A DNA stretch of 63,762 nt, filler included, from Chrysochromulina tobinii (GCA_001275005.1; 10 parts of 10 records of this genome joined end to end with filler, not necessarily neighbours in it), one strand, 5' to 3'. Shown: positions 42,707-54,855, numbered from the whole stretch's first letter. Notes: generated from the sequence alone by a model not told the origin. Numbers and translations: made by a program.

Positions 42707-44377
42707 ATGCCTAGTTTCTTACACTCCGCAATGTCTGAGGATGCATTCTTGGAGGGCTGCCGCCTCCTTCGCCGTGTCGCCCTGAACGAAATAGATGCTG
42801 TGCGCAAGGCAGTCCTAGCTAACAAGGCCCTGCTCAAGTTTGAGGACTACGACCGGCGCACGGCTCTGCACGTCAGTGCATCCGAGGGCCACCTGAAATT
42901 GACGACGCTGCTGCTCGAGCTCGGCGCCAATCCGAATCGCAGCGATCGGTGGGGTGGCTCGCCGCTCGATGACGCCCAGCGCCACCGCTTCCCCGAGGTG
43001 GCCTCGCTGCTGCGGGCCCACGGTGCTCGTCTCGGGGTTGTCGATGGGTCCACGGACCATGGCATGGCTCTGATCTCGGCGTCTGCCAAGGGGGAGATCG
43101 AGACGGTCGACGAGCTATTGGCAGGCGGCACGAATCCCAACTCGATTGACTACGACTCTCGCTCGGCGATGCACCTTGCGTGTGCCGAAGGGCACACGGC
43201 CGTTGTCACGGCGCTTCTCAAAAGTCGCGCCGATCCCGACTGCAAAGACCGGTGGGGCTGCACCCCGCTGACAGAGGCGCAGGGAAAGAAGCACGCAGAC
43301 GTGGTCCAGCTACTGATCAAGGCCGGCGCGGTCGACTACGGCGTCGAGCCGCCCAATTCGGCGCGTGTACAGATGGAGTCTCCGAGCTTCGATCCCCAGG
43401 TGACCGACCCAAATATGGTCGACTGGGCCGACATCAAGACCTTGGAGAAGATCGGCTCGGGCGCCTTTGGGGAGATTTACAAGTGCCGGTGGCGTGGCAC
43501 CCTCGTCGCAGCGAAGACAATCAAATCAGAGAAGAGTCTACACGGCGGCGCGGCTTTCGTAGCCGGGCTGGCCGACGCACCATCGGACCTACGCATGGCC
43601 GCGCTCAATGACTTCCGACACGAGATCGGGTTCCTGACGCAGCTCCACCACCCTCACATTTGCCTGCTGCTCGGATACTCGCTCTCTGAGCACGGGCGTG
43701 AGTGCATGCTCTCAGAGCTCATGAAGTGCTCCCTGCTCGACGTGCTTCGCTCCTCCGCGCAGTCCGGCGTCCCCTTCTCGGTGCAGCGCACGCTCCGGTA
43801 CGCGATGCAGTTCGCGCTCGGCATGAACTTTCTCCACACGTCCAAGCCGCCCGTGCTCCACCGCGACCTCAAGCCCGCCAACCTGCTGCTCGACTTTTCA
43901 GACAACCTCAAGATCTCGGATTTTGGACTCGCCAAGATCCGCCCGCCCGCCGCCGCCGGCCTCATCGATGAGGACGCGCCGTTCGTGATGACGGGCGAGA
44001 CGGGATCGTATCGCTTCATGGCTCCGGAGGTGTTCCGCCACGAAAAGTACGGACGGCCTGTCGACGTGTACTCCTTCGCGATGATCCTCTTCTATATGCT
44101 CGATGGGGCGCCACCTTGGGCGGACTTGGACGGCGTCGCTGCCGTGCGCGCCGCCGCCCACAATAACGAGCGGCCACCGATCCCGCGCCACTGGGATCTT
44201 TCGTTGCAGGAGCTCCTGCGGTCGGCCTGGGCTGACGAGCCGCGCGCGCGCCCCTCGTTCGCTGCCGTGCTTGAGATCCTCGAGAATGTCTACAAGAGCG
44301 TCTTCAAGATGAGCTACGAGGAGGCGATGCGCCGCGGCGATAAGGAGCCCGATGGTTGCAACTGTACCCTCATGTGA
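42707..44377 (+). CDS. Ankyrin-repeat protein kinase (integrin-linked kinase-like, TKL group) with C-terminal CaaX
   Basis: Ankyrin repeats (DYDRRTALHVSA, DRWGGSPLDDA); kinase motifs GSGAFG, VAAK, HRDLKPAN, DFG, APE, DVYSF; ends CNCTLM. Confidence 0.93.
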   Translation: MPSFLHSAMSEDAFLEGCRLLRRVALNEIDAVRKAVLANKALLKFEDYDRRTALHVSASEGHLKLTTLLLELGANPNRSDRWGGSPLDDAQRHRFPEVASLLRAHGARLGVVDGSTDHGMALISASAKGEIETVDELLAGGTNPNSIDYDSRSAMHLACAEGHTAVVTALLKSRADPDCKDRWGCTPLTEAQGKKHADVVQLLIKAGAVDYGVEPPNSARVQMESPSFDPQVTDPNMVDWADIKTLEKIGSGAFGEIYKCRWRGTLVAAKTIKSEKSLHGGAAFVAGLADAPSDLRMAALNDFRHEIGFLTQLHHPHICLLLGYSLSEHGRECMLSELMKCSLLDVLRSSAQSGVPFSVQRTLRYAMQFALGMNFLHTSKPPVLHRDLKPANLLLDFSDNLKISDFGLAKIRPPAAAGLIDEDAPFVMTGETGSYRFMAPEVFRHEKYGRPVDVYSFAMILFYMLDGAPPWADLDGVAAVRAAAHNNERPPIPRHWDLSLQELLRSAWADEPRARPSFAAVLEILENVYKSVFKMSYEEAMRRGDKEPDGCNCTLM

Positions 44378-44622
44378 GACTATATTGCTGTTTTGGGGAT
44401 TGGTGGCGCTGGTCGGCGGAGGGTGGTGGCGTGATAGTGGCTGCGACGGCGGCCACGACGGCGCCCGCGACGGCTCGGGGGCGAGGGTGAGTGGTGGGCT
44501 GTGTCACAGGCTATGGGCGGGGNNNNNNNNNNNNNNNNNNNNNNNNNNNNNNNNNNNNNNNNNNNNTTAATTAATTAANNNNNNNNNNNNNNNNNNNNNN
44601 NNNNNNNNNNNNNNNNNNNNNN

Positions 44623-46088
44623 CCGCCGCCGCCGCGCGCCGCCACGAGCGCCGTGTCGAGCGCCGCGCGCGCCTCGGCGGCCTCCTGCGTCGCGGCGGAG
44701 AGGGCGCCGTCGTGAGCGCGTGCATGCAAGGGGCGGGGGGCTCGATCGCGACCGCGTGCTCGCCTGCTGTGCGGGCAATCAAGGGCAATCAATGGAGATC
44801 GAGGGAGATCGAGGGAGATCGAGGGAGATCGCACCTGCTGTGCGGCGGAGAGGGCCGCTCGCAGCGCCTTGACGGTTTCGGCAGATTCTGCATCGTGTTG
44901 GCGCCTCTGCACCTCGACCTGCCAAATTAGGGAGGCACTCAGGGAGGGCATCAGACGCTATGGGAGGCGCCATCAGCGGTCATCAGGCGCCATCAGCGGT
45001 CATCAGGCGTCATCAGGGGTCATCAGGCGCCATCAGGCGTCATCAGGCGCCATCAGTAGTCATCAGGCGCCATCATTGGTCATCAGGCGCCATCAAGTCA
45101 GTGGTCATCAGAGGTCATCAGAGGCAATCAGAGGCCATCAAGTCACCGACGCGAGCTGCATCTGCAGTCGCTCCTCTCGTGTCCCTCGAGAGCCCGTGTC
45201 CACGGAGAGGGCGCCGTCGTGAGCGCTTGCATGCAAGGGACGGGGGCCTCCCGTGTCCCCGGAGAGCGCCGCGCCGCCCGCCCCGCTCGCCTTCACCGCG
45301 CCATGCGCCGCGCCGAGCTCCTCTGCGCTCGATACGGCGCGTGGGCTGCTGCTGCTGTTGCCGCCACGTGCGGCGGCGGCTTCGAGCGCATGCAAGCGTT
45401 TCGTCAGCTGGGCGAGCTGTGAATGGAGGCGCGCGAGCTCGGCCGAGGCGGCAAGCGCCTCGCGCTCGGCGGCCTCGGCGCTCTCCCGGGCGCCATCCGC
45501 CTCGAGCCGCAGCGACGCAGCGCCTCGTTCCAACAGGCTGAGCTGCAGTGCCTGCGCGTCGCTCGCCGTTTCGGCCACCGCCGCTGCGAGACGCCCGCGC
45601 CCGCCGCCGCCGGCGGCGCCGCTGAGCGCCAGGGTGCTCCCGCCGCCGCCAGAGTCGACCGCGTTCTGCAGCTCGTCGATCCGAGCGCGCAGCGCCAGCT
45701 GCTGCTGCAGCAGGATGCCCAGGTCGTTCGTGTGCGCCGCTCGCTGCGCTGCCGCCTCACCTCGAAGTTCAAAGGCGAGTCGGGCCAGAGCCTCCTCGTA
45801 CTCCCACCACGGCTTGGGCACCTTGCGGTTGCCGCCGCCGGCGCTGCTGCTGGCCACCGAGGGCGGCCGCCGCGACGGCGGCGGCTTGATGGACCTCGGC
45901 GACAGCGAGGGACTCGGCGCTCGGCCGGTGGGAGCCTTCTTGAGGCCTACCGACGGGCTGCTGCTGCTGCTGGGCTTGGTCGGAGTGTGCGAACGTCGCC
46001 GTGTGCCTCCGTGGCCCTGCCCGGTGGGCGGAGACGCCTCGTAGCCCACGGACGGAGCGGCTGACCGGGGCCTTTGGTTGGAGTCCAT
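44623..46088 (-). CDS. Coiled-coil protein, multi-exon, 3'-partial
   Basis: MDSNQRPRS start, Ser/Pro-rich region, then long heptad Ala/Glu/Leu/Arg stretches and introns with the shared acceptor cassettes. Confidence 0.55.
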
Positions 46089-46289
46089 TTCGAGGCGCCG
46101 GGACGGCGCGTTTTGTGGCCTAACATACCCCTCACCGTTCCCCACTACGCAGAGGCTGGCAGGGTTTGTGGTGTAGGAACGAGTTTCGAAAAAAAGCGTG
46201 CAAGGATGCGCGCGCGAGCGCGCGGCGCGCCCCAACGGCCAAACGCCGGTAAGCCAACCTCGCGCCGCGGAGCCGTCGCCAGACGCGCC

Positions 46290-48070
46290 ATGCTGGCGGC
46301 CGACTCCTCCGACGCGCGGCTCAGTCCGCTGCTCCGCCACTTTGACAATGTGTGCGTGCACGTCGCGTACAAGGGCTCGATGAACCGACAGGCGTACGCG
46401 TGGTTTTCCGACGTGGACGTCCACGGCACCAAGCTTGCCGAGCGCAAGCGGCCGGAGCCGCCGCTCTTCTCGCGCCACACCGAGTTCCTGCACTCGGTGG
46501 ACGAGCTGAAGCGTGTGAAGCCGTGGTGGAAGCCCCAGGATGTCAATCGCACCGTGGGTATCTGGAATATTCGCACGAGCGCCTCCGATCTCAAAACAGC
46601 CCCTCGGCCCGATCAGGTCATCTGGTTGCGCAACACGACCTGGTTTGTCGACGTGTCGCACGGCGGAACGCCCAACCTGTGGACCAACATCTGCCACTGG
46701 TCAAATAGCATGTTCCCCGTCTTCGAGGCCATCGCCAAGGGTGAGCTCTGCCGCCTGCCGCTGCAGCAGCTAATGATGTGGCAGGTGCCGGAGGCTAATT
46801 GGAACAAAGCGCAGCAGGGCTACCACGCAGGCGTCCTGAACGCATTGCTCACCGAGTACGAGCAGCGGGGCCGCGGCATGGCATCGAGGCCGCGCTTCTT
46901 TTTTGACGGCCACGTGACCGCAGGCAGCACCTTTTGCATGGAGGAGGCGATCGTGGTCAAGGAGCCCAACCTGCAGCACCGCAAGATTTACTTGCAGGTG
47001 CGTCCGGCCTCATCATCGGCCGAGTGTGGTTGCCCTTGTCCATTCTCCCGCCCCTGCCTCAAGAAGTCGACGAGCCGCTCACGCGCCTCCCTCTCTCTCT
47101 CTCTCTCTCTCAGACACGCGCGTCGATGAGCACGGCGGGTGTGGCGCGCGGCTTCTCGACCGTCGAGATTCGCTTCGCCTTTCGCACCGCCATCTTGCGC
47201 CAGCTGAAAGTGTCGCCGCCCGGTCCTCGCACGCCGACGGTCACGTACCTGTCGCGCCCCTTTGGTGCCAAGGACGCCAAGTTGCACGGCCGGGCGTGGC
47301 AGCTGCGCTGCCACATCCGCCCGCCCACCTTCCGCAAGCTCGCGCAGGCCGTGTTTCGACAGGCAGGCTATCGGATGGTCCGCGCCGTCTTCGAGAAGAC
47401 CACGTACGCGTACCAGGCGAAAATTATCAGCGAGTCGGACGTCTTCTGGGCGTCGCACGGCGCCGGCATGGTTCATCTGCCGCTGCTCCCCAAGGACGCC
47501 GTGACCGTTGAGATGTTCAACTGCGGCCACTTTTCGTACCTGTACGCGCAGCTCGCGCTGCACGTGGGCGTGCGCTACTTTGTGATGCAGCGCACCGAGC
47601 CGTGGTGCTACAAGCCGCAGTCGCTGTACGGCGACACGCGCAAGAATATGAGTAAGACGTACGCGTACACATTCGAAGAGGCCGAGCCCGTGCTCTTCCA
47701 GGCCATCCGGTACCACATGTGGCAGGACCCCGTTGAGGATCTCAGCGGGCGCGAGCCCATGTGCGACTTTGCGCGCAAGCACCTCGCGGGGACGGGCACG
47801 CTGCCCACCAATGTGCTCCCCAACCGGTGGAGCAAGGAGTGTGCGCCGCTCGTCGCGGGCCCCGTCGCGGCCGACGGCGGCAGCGGCCGAGCCGACGACG
47901 CCACGGCGAGCACGGAGTCCGCGCTCGCGGGCTCCGCAAGCGTCGCCAACATTGCAGGCGAGTGGATGACCAATTTTGGGCAATCCTACCGAGGCCGCAA
48001 ACGGCTCGTCGACCCTCCAGAGGGCGACGGCACGCCCGGCCAGTGGACGCGCTGGGCGGGGCTCGGATGA
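46290..48070 (+). CDS. Glycosyltransferase family 61 protein (intron 46998-47113; start uncertain)
   Basis: NICHW, YLSR, SDVFWASHGAGMVHLPLLPKDAVTVEMF (GT61 HGAG motif); GT-AG intron joins two ORFs in frame. Confidence 0.8.
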
Positions 48071-48413
48071 GGCATGAGCCCGCGGAGATAGACGAGATGA
48101 CCGCATCGCGCATGGAAAGGCGGCTGAGAACCGGCGCACGACCCAACCTCACGATCGGGTACGAGCGCGCCTGGGATGTGTTGACCTCAGTTGGGCCATG
48201 CACGGCGCCGTTGCACAGCCGTGTGCTGCGCGTAAGCAGTACTACGTATTTTTCGCTGCCTAATTACGCGTTACGCGAGAACCACACGGACCGCACACGA
48301 GTACACCGAGTACCATGGTTTAGTGTGTAGCGCGACTAGCCTCGCTCTAGTTTTCTAACGCGCTTGGTTTCATCCGCTCGCATGCAACACGTCCATGTAG
48401 GATCTTTATTCGC

Positions 48414-49769
48414 TTACCGTGTGTGTAGGACCGGAGGTAACGGCGGCGGCGCTACCACCAGACACCCCCTCGCATGTGAATTTGGCGGCCGCGTCGGGGA
48501 CGTGCACGGGAAGAAAAAGGAGCCGGGGATCTTATGCTGTTTCATGAGTTCGCTATCGTTGAGGAGCGGCGACCAGCCGCATGGGATAGCCTTGGCCAAC
48601 ACCATAACGATTGGGAGATTCAACATTAGCAGTCGAACCCCGCGCGCTTCGAGATGAAGGGCAGTTTGCTCCTCCTGGCACAATCCAAAGCAGCGCACGA
48701 GGGTGTTGCTCGTGTAGAATATCTTGCGGTCGGCCGTCATGCTGGCTAAGTGCGCCATCGAGCGTGGAGTCCCTATCTGCAACCAGTCTGACCACTGCCA
48801 ACGCATCTTCGCTCCTTTGGGGCACTCCAGTACAGCCTGGCCCATAGCCGGTTCGCTTCTCAGCTGAGTGCTCATCGACCAGGGCTGATGCGGAGCCTTG
48901 CAGGGACGCATTTGTATGTTCCGTGCACCTGGCTGAAACTGGGTGTAGTAGCCGACGACCCCAATCTCCGGAGGTTCACTCTCCGGAGGCCAAGGTGCGC
49001 TCGTGTCCGATGCTGCAGAAGCGCTCGATGTGTCACTCGAGGTGGGCTGGGGGCGCTGCGCTGGGTCATCACGTCGCACGTGGAGCACGACTGCCGAGTG
49101 ATTGGCCACGACGCGCACAAAGCCGCCGCGGAGCGCGAGAAAAGTAATCGGCACAGTTAGAGACACGTCGAGCCGCAATCGCACGATTACGTCATGAGGG
49201 CCAAAGGCGCGGCGCAGCAGCTCCGACTTGGCGACGTGATCATACTGCGGGAACCACTTGTACATAAAGACGGGCGCTCGGCTAATCGAACGTCCACTTA
49301 CCAATGGGGCGCCAGTTGACGGGTTGATTCTTCCACCAACGGCGGCTCTCAGGGCGTCCTTTGCACGACCGCCGTAACTATGTGGCATTGTCGGATCCTC
49401 CGCCGAAACGAATGCCACGTGCAGCCTGGGCCAGAACTCGAAGAGCACCCTAGCTTGGCGGGTCAGCTCATGCTCGGCGGTCGCAAAATCGCCGTCTAGG
49501 TAAGCCGTGCGAGCGTGCTTTGGTGCGACGCACCAAGAGGTGGGATCGACTGTCAGGAAAACATCCATTGAGTTTGGACGAATGATGTGCTGCAGGTGCT
49601 CACGTGCAACGTGCGCAAATGCAGATGGCCCAAACCAGCGTCCAGCGTACAACGCTGCAATTTTAAGCGTTTCAGAATATGTATTTCTGCTGGGGACGAG
49701 CATCTCCTGACGTTCGCTGCGGAGTCCAAGGCTGTTCGTCACGTTATCGTCGTCGTTCGACGCCGCCAT
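48414..49769 (-). CDS. Hypothetical protein, possibly glycosyltransferase-like (start may be upstream at 49901)
   Basis: Long intronless ORF with KIAALYAGR, DVIVRLRLDV and SDWLQIG motifs; function not securely recognised. Confidence 0.5.
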   Translation of the reverse strand: MAASNDDDNVTNSLGLRSERQEMLVPSRNTYSETLKIAALYAGRWFGPSAFAHVAREHLQHIIRPNSMDVFLTVDPTSWCVAPKHARTAYLDGDFATAEHELTRQARVLFEFWPRLHVAFVSAEDPTMPHSYGGRAKDALRAAVGGRINPSTGAPLVSGRSISRAPVFMYKWFPQYDHVAKSELLRRAFGPHDVIVRLRLDVSLTVPITFLALRGGFVRVVANHSAVVLHVRRDDPAQRPQPTSSDTSSASAASDTSAPWPPESEPPEIGVVGYYTQFQPGARNIQMRPCKAPHQPWSMSTQLRSEPAMGQAVLECPKGAKMRWQWSDWLQIGTPRSMAHLASMTADRKIFYTSNTLVRCFGLCQEEQTALHLEARGVRLLMLNLPIVMVLAKAIPCGWSPLLNDSELMKQHKIPGSFFFPCTSPTRPPNSHARGCLVVAPPPLPPVLHTR

Positions 49770-50129
49770 CGTTATGTACCCGGTTTCCGGTACGTGCTGT
49801 GCGGTGTGGCGTCGGGTGGCCTTGTGCTTCGCCGTCGCCGTCGCCGTTTTGTCGTCGCCATCAGCTCTAGGTGGGGCGTTGCTCGCATCGCCCGGCCTCA
49901 TCCCTGTTTACGAACAGAAATCCTCAAAGCGCTTAGTGACCCTATGTCAAGCTCGGCTTGCAGAGAGCCCCCTTGGTACACTGTGAACAAGATTTGGACA
50001 GGTTCAGAATTTTCGATAGTTTGCGAATTAGTGATCTTTGTTAGCACAGGTGTGTTCAGGCGTCAGGACGCGTGATCGAGACGCGTGATCGAGATGCGAA
50101 GCGCCGTCTCGGGCCGACGGCAATCGTGA

Positions 50130-53100
50130 ATGGCGGAGGCGGCCCTTTTGACGACCGTGGCGTCCGCGCCGCTTGCGGCACCGACCGAAGATCTAGACCC
50201 GCCGCAGGGCCCCGTGCCCGCACTATCCGAAAACCTGGAGGGCCTCGTGCCCGCACTGTCCGAAGATCTAAACCCGCCGCAGGGCCCCGTGCCCGTGCCT
50301 GCGACATCCTTCCTCTTCTGGGTTGAGCCGCCCGCGGGCATCCATCACGCCGAGGACTGCGAGCGCGTGTGCGCGGCGGTGCAATCGGCAGACGAAAGGC
50401 TGGACGCTGCGGCCGACGCGACGTCCGCGGGCGTGCGGCTTTGGTGCTTCAGCCGATTCCGCCTGCGCGAGGCCTTCAAGCTCATGGGCTGCAAGCTGCA
50501 GCACGCCGAGGAGCTCACCGAACGGGTGCTTGCCGAGGTCGCGATGCGGCAACAGGAGGGTGGGCTGGCGCCGGCGCCGGCGCGCGCGGTGCTGAGCCGT
50601 CGCGGCTTCCTCTCGATCGTGAGGGCAAGCCTACTGCGCCAAAACTATTCGAATTCCGAGACGCTGCTGCACTTTTGCATTGCGTGCGACATCAAGGAGC
50701 AGCGACGGTGCGTTGATCACTGATGAAGACCGTTGAGGACCGTTGATGACCAGTATAACCTCTGATGACCACTGATGACCGTTGATGACGGCTGGACTGC
50801 CGCGGATGATCACGCATTTCCACTGATGACTACTGATGACCTCCGATGACCACTGATGACCACTGATGACCTCTGATGGCCACTGATGACGGCAGGTGCG
50901 TCATCCTTCTCTTTGGTGGCACCTCGGGCTCCGGCAAGTCCACCCTCGCGTCGCTGATGGCCAGTCGTCTTGGCATCACCACCGTATGGATCCGACCCCT
51001 GCTGATGACCTCTGATGACCACTGATGACCGCTGATGACTTGGCATCACCACCGTATGGATCCGACCCCTGCTGATGACCTCTGATGACCACTGATGACC
51101 GCTGATGATTTGGCATCACCACCGTATGGATTCGACCCCCGCTGATGACAGCTGATGACCACTGATGACCGCTGATGACCACTGATGACCGCTGATGACC
51201 ACTGATGACCACTGATGACCGCTGATGACCACTGATGACCGCTGATGACCACTGATGACCACTGATGACCTCTGATGACCCTTGAGTGCCTCTTTGATGG
51301 CACAGGTGCTCTCGACGGACTCGATCCGCGCCACGCTGCGTCGCTGCCTTGCATGCATGTGCTCACTAGCTCACCACGGCGCCCTTTCCCCACAGGTGCT
51401 CTCGACGGACTCGATCCGCGCCACGCTGCGTCGCTCGTGCACCAACGCTCAACACAACGCGCTGCTCGAGACCTCGACATACACCGCCGGCGACGTCCTT
51501 CACAGCTCCACCTTCACAGCCCCGCCTTCACAGCTCCACGTTCACAGCCCGTCGCTCACAGCCGGTGACGGCCATGAGAAAGCAGCGGCCTTCACCACGG
51601 AAGGTCCCCCCCTGGCCACTTCCCCGCTGGCCGCTTCCCCACTGGCCACTTCCCCACTGGCCACTTCCCCACTAGCCAGCCCAGCCGCCAGTAGCGCCGA
51701 CAGCCCAACACGGCGCCCACCCGCTGGCACCTCGGCCGGCAGCAGCGGCAGCGCCGTCCTGAGCGCCGTCGGCAGCCCGACGGCCAGGTCGAGGGCGGAC
51801 CAGCGCATCTCGTCTGCCCTCCGCCAGCGCGTCCTCCGTGGGTACCGCGCGCAATCGCAGGCACGCTGATTGCCACTGATGACCTGCTCGGCATGCCAGT
51901 ACTCACCACGGCGCGCGCGCACCGACTCGCTCTCGCAGCTGCTCGCGCGCCATATTGAGCGCCTCGTCGCCTCGTTCGAGCTGACGAACCAGTCGCTCAT
52001 TTTGGAAGGCGTGCACCTGGACGTGGCGCTCATCACGGCGCTCCTCGCGCGCCACACGTCGTGCATCCCCTTCCTCATCTACATCTCCAACGAGGCGAAG
52101 CACCGCGAGCGCTTTGCGGTGCGAGTGAGATTGAGATTGAGATTGAGATCGAGATCGAGATTGAGATTGAGGAGCGAAGCACCGCGAGCGCTTTGCGGTG
52201 CGGAGCGCCGTGATGAGCGGATCCGCCGATGGCCTCTGAGTGGACGTGATTGCACCTGATGGCCTCTGAGTGGCCTATGTTTGTAAATGATGACTGTCCT
52301 GATGCCCGATTGATTGTGCCTGATGCCCGGCTCATCAGGCTCATGATTGTGCCGAACGGGCTCCTCGGCCGTAGGTTCGAAGTTCATTGACGCTCGAGCC
52401 CTGCCTTGCATGCACACGCTCACCACGGCGCGCCTTCCCTCTTCCCCACAGGTGCGCTCGAAGTTCATGACGCTCGAGCCCAACGGCAACCGTTACATCC
52501 GCCACTTTGACTCGATTCGGATCATCCAGGCATGCTGATTGCCACCGAGGCCCCGCCCTGCATGCAACCGTTACATCCGCCACTTTGACTCGATTCGGAT
52601 CATCCAGGCATGCTGATTGCCACCGAGGCCCCGCCCTGCATGCAAGTGCTCACCACGGCGCGTTTCGTTCCATCCCCAGCGCGCGCTCACCAAGGATGCC
52701 GACCAGTGCCTGCTACCTAAGGTGGGCTGATTGCATGCCTGATTGCACGCCTGATGGCACGCCATTGCCTAAGGTGGGCTGATTGCATGCCTGATGGCAC
52801 GCCATTGCATGCCTGATGGCATGCCTGCTGCCTAAGGTGGGCTGATTGCACCCTGATGGCATGCCTGATGGCATGCCTGATTGTGGCTGATGAGTGCTGA
52901 TTGCCTTCCGTATCCGGCAGGTGGACTATACCAAATGTGGACCGATCCGTCGCAACCCTGGCTTGCATGCATGTGCTCACCACGGCGCCCGTTCCCCACA
53001 GGTGGACAATACCAATGTGGACCGATCCGTCGCAACCCTTCACACGACCGTCCTCCGCTGCCTCGCCCGCACGGCCGCCGGCGAAAGGCTGTTCGATCCG

Positions 53101-54855
53101 GTGCGCCCAACACAGCGCCTCCATGGGCCCAATACAGCGCCTTCATGCGCCCAATACAGCGCCTTCATGCGCCCAACACATCGCCTTTGTGCGCCCACGA
53201 TGGCGCCCGCAGAGAGTGCGGATGGCCCGGCCCTGCATGCACACGCTCACCACGGCGCGCCCCCCCTCTTCCCCACAGGTGCGCCAGCAGATTGTGGTGA
53301 TGAACGAGCATGCACCCGCTCACCACGGCGCGCCGCCCCTCTTCCCCACAGGTGCGCCAGCAGATTGTGGTGATGAACGAGCATGCACCCGCTCACCACG
53401 GCGCGCGCCCCCTCTTCCCCACAGGTGCGCCAGCAGATTGTGGTGATGAACGAGCATGCACACGCTCACCACGGCGCGCCCCCCTCTTCCCCACAGGTGC
53501 GCCAGCAGATTGTGGTGATGAACGAGGTGTTCGAGTCGCACAATCGGGCCACGTGGTCCTCGAAGGCGATGCTCCAGGTGCATGCCACTGATTGGATGTG
53601 ATTGCGATGCTCCAGGTGCATGCCACTGATTGGATGTGATTGCGATGCTCCAGGTGCATGCCACTGATTGGACGTGATTGCGATGCTCCAGGTGCATGCC
53701 ACTGATTGGACGTGATTGCGATGCTCCAGGTGCATGCCACTGATTGGACGTGATTGCGATGCTCCAGGTGCATGCCACTGATTGGACGTGATTGCATCCG
53801 ATGGCCACTGATGGCTACTGATGGCCACTGATGGCGATGCTGCCGTGCCAAGCTGGAAGAAGCGCCTTGCATGCAGGTGCTCACCGCGGCGCCCTTTCCC
53901 CACAGGTGATCCGTGCCAAGGTGGAGAAGCGCGAGCTCTTCCTTCGCCTCTTCAAACGCGTCGATGGCGCCGAGGTGGGCGGCGCCGAGGTGGGCGGCGC
54001 CGAGGTGGGCGGCGCCGAGGTGGGCGGCGCCGAGGTGGGCGCCCCGAGCGCCGTTGTGGGCGTTGGCGTCGTCGTGGGCGGCAGAGCTGCTGGTCAGGGC
54101 AGCATGCGCGGCGGCAAGGGCGACGACGGCGGCGACGGCGGCGTTGGGGCCGAAGATGACAGGAGCGGCGGCGGCGGCGGCGAAGCTCACGCCGATGACC
54201 TTCCTAATATGGACGCCGATGACCTTCCTAATATGGGTCTACATGCGACAATATCACCTTTTGAGGTCGAGGGCGATGAGGGCAGCGAGGTCGTATCTCC
54301 CGCGGAGCTCGGCGCATCTCCCGCGGAGATCGTGCCGTCGGCGGCGCGATTGACGAAGCTCGGTCGTCCGTTGACGAAGCTCGACGAGCCATTGACGAAG
54401 CTCGGCGAGCCATTGACGAAGTTCGGTGAGGGCTCGAGGCCAACGTCGTCCATTGACGAAGCTCGACGACCCATTGACGAAGCTCGGAGGCCATCGCCTT
54501 CCACACCGCCACGCTCTCCTCCTCAGCCCTCCTCCGTCGGCGCCCAGGTTCGTCAATGGTTCGTCCATGAGCCCTCCTCCGTCGGCGCCCAGGTTCGTCA
54601 ATGGTTCGTCCATGAGCCCGCCTCCGACGGCGCCGTGTCGGGCGACGAGGCGGCGGCTGCCTTCACCGCCGGCGCCGCCGGCACCGGGCACGGACGGCGC
54701 CGTTCTGGGCGCGAGGGCGGGCGCCGTCGCGGGCGCCCGTTGCTCCGGCGCTCGGTCTCGGGCGCCGTGTCGGGCGCCGTGACGGGCGCCGTCGCAGGCA
54801 CACTCGACGACAGTGTTCCCTTGATCCCGCCCTACCCGCCCTGCCCGCCCGACAC
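50130..54855 (+). CDS. P-loop NTPase, LPA1 / 2-phosphoglycerate kinase-like; many introns, 3'-partial
   Basis: Spliced pieces: LMGCKLQHA, GGTSGSGKSTLASLMASRLGITT|VLSTDSIR, LILEGVHL, IPFLIYISNEAKHRERFA|VRSKFMTLEP, VDNTNVDRSVATLH. Confidence 0.88.

Noticed and set aside
53236..53795. Regularly spaced repeats resembling a CRISPR array
   Set aside because: The units are near-identical tandem copies without unique spacers, lie inside a eukaryotic gene and have no cas genes nearby.
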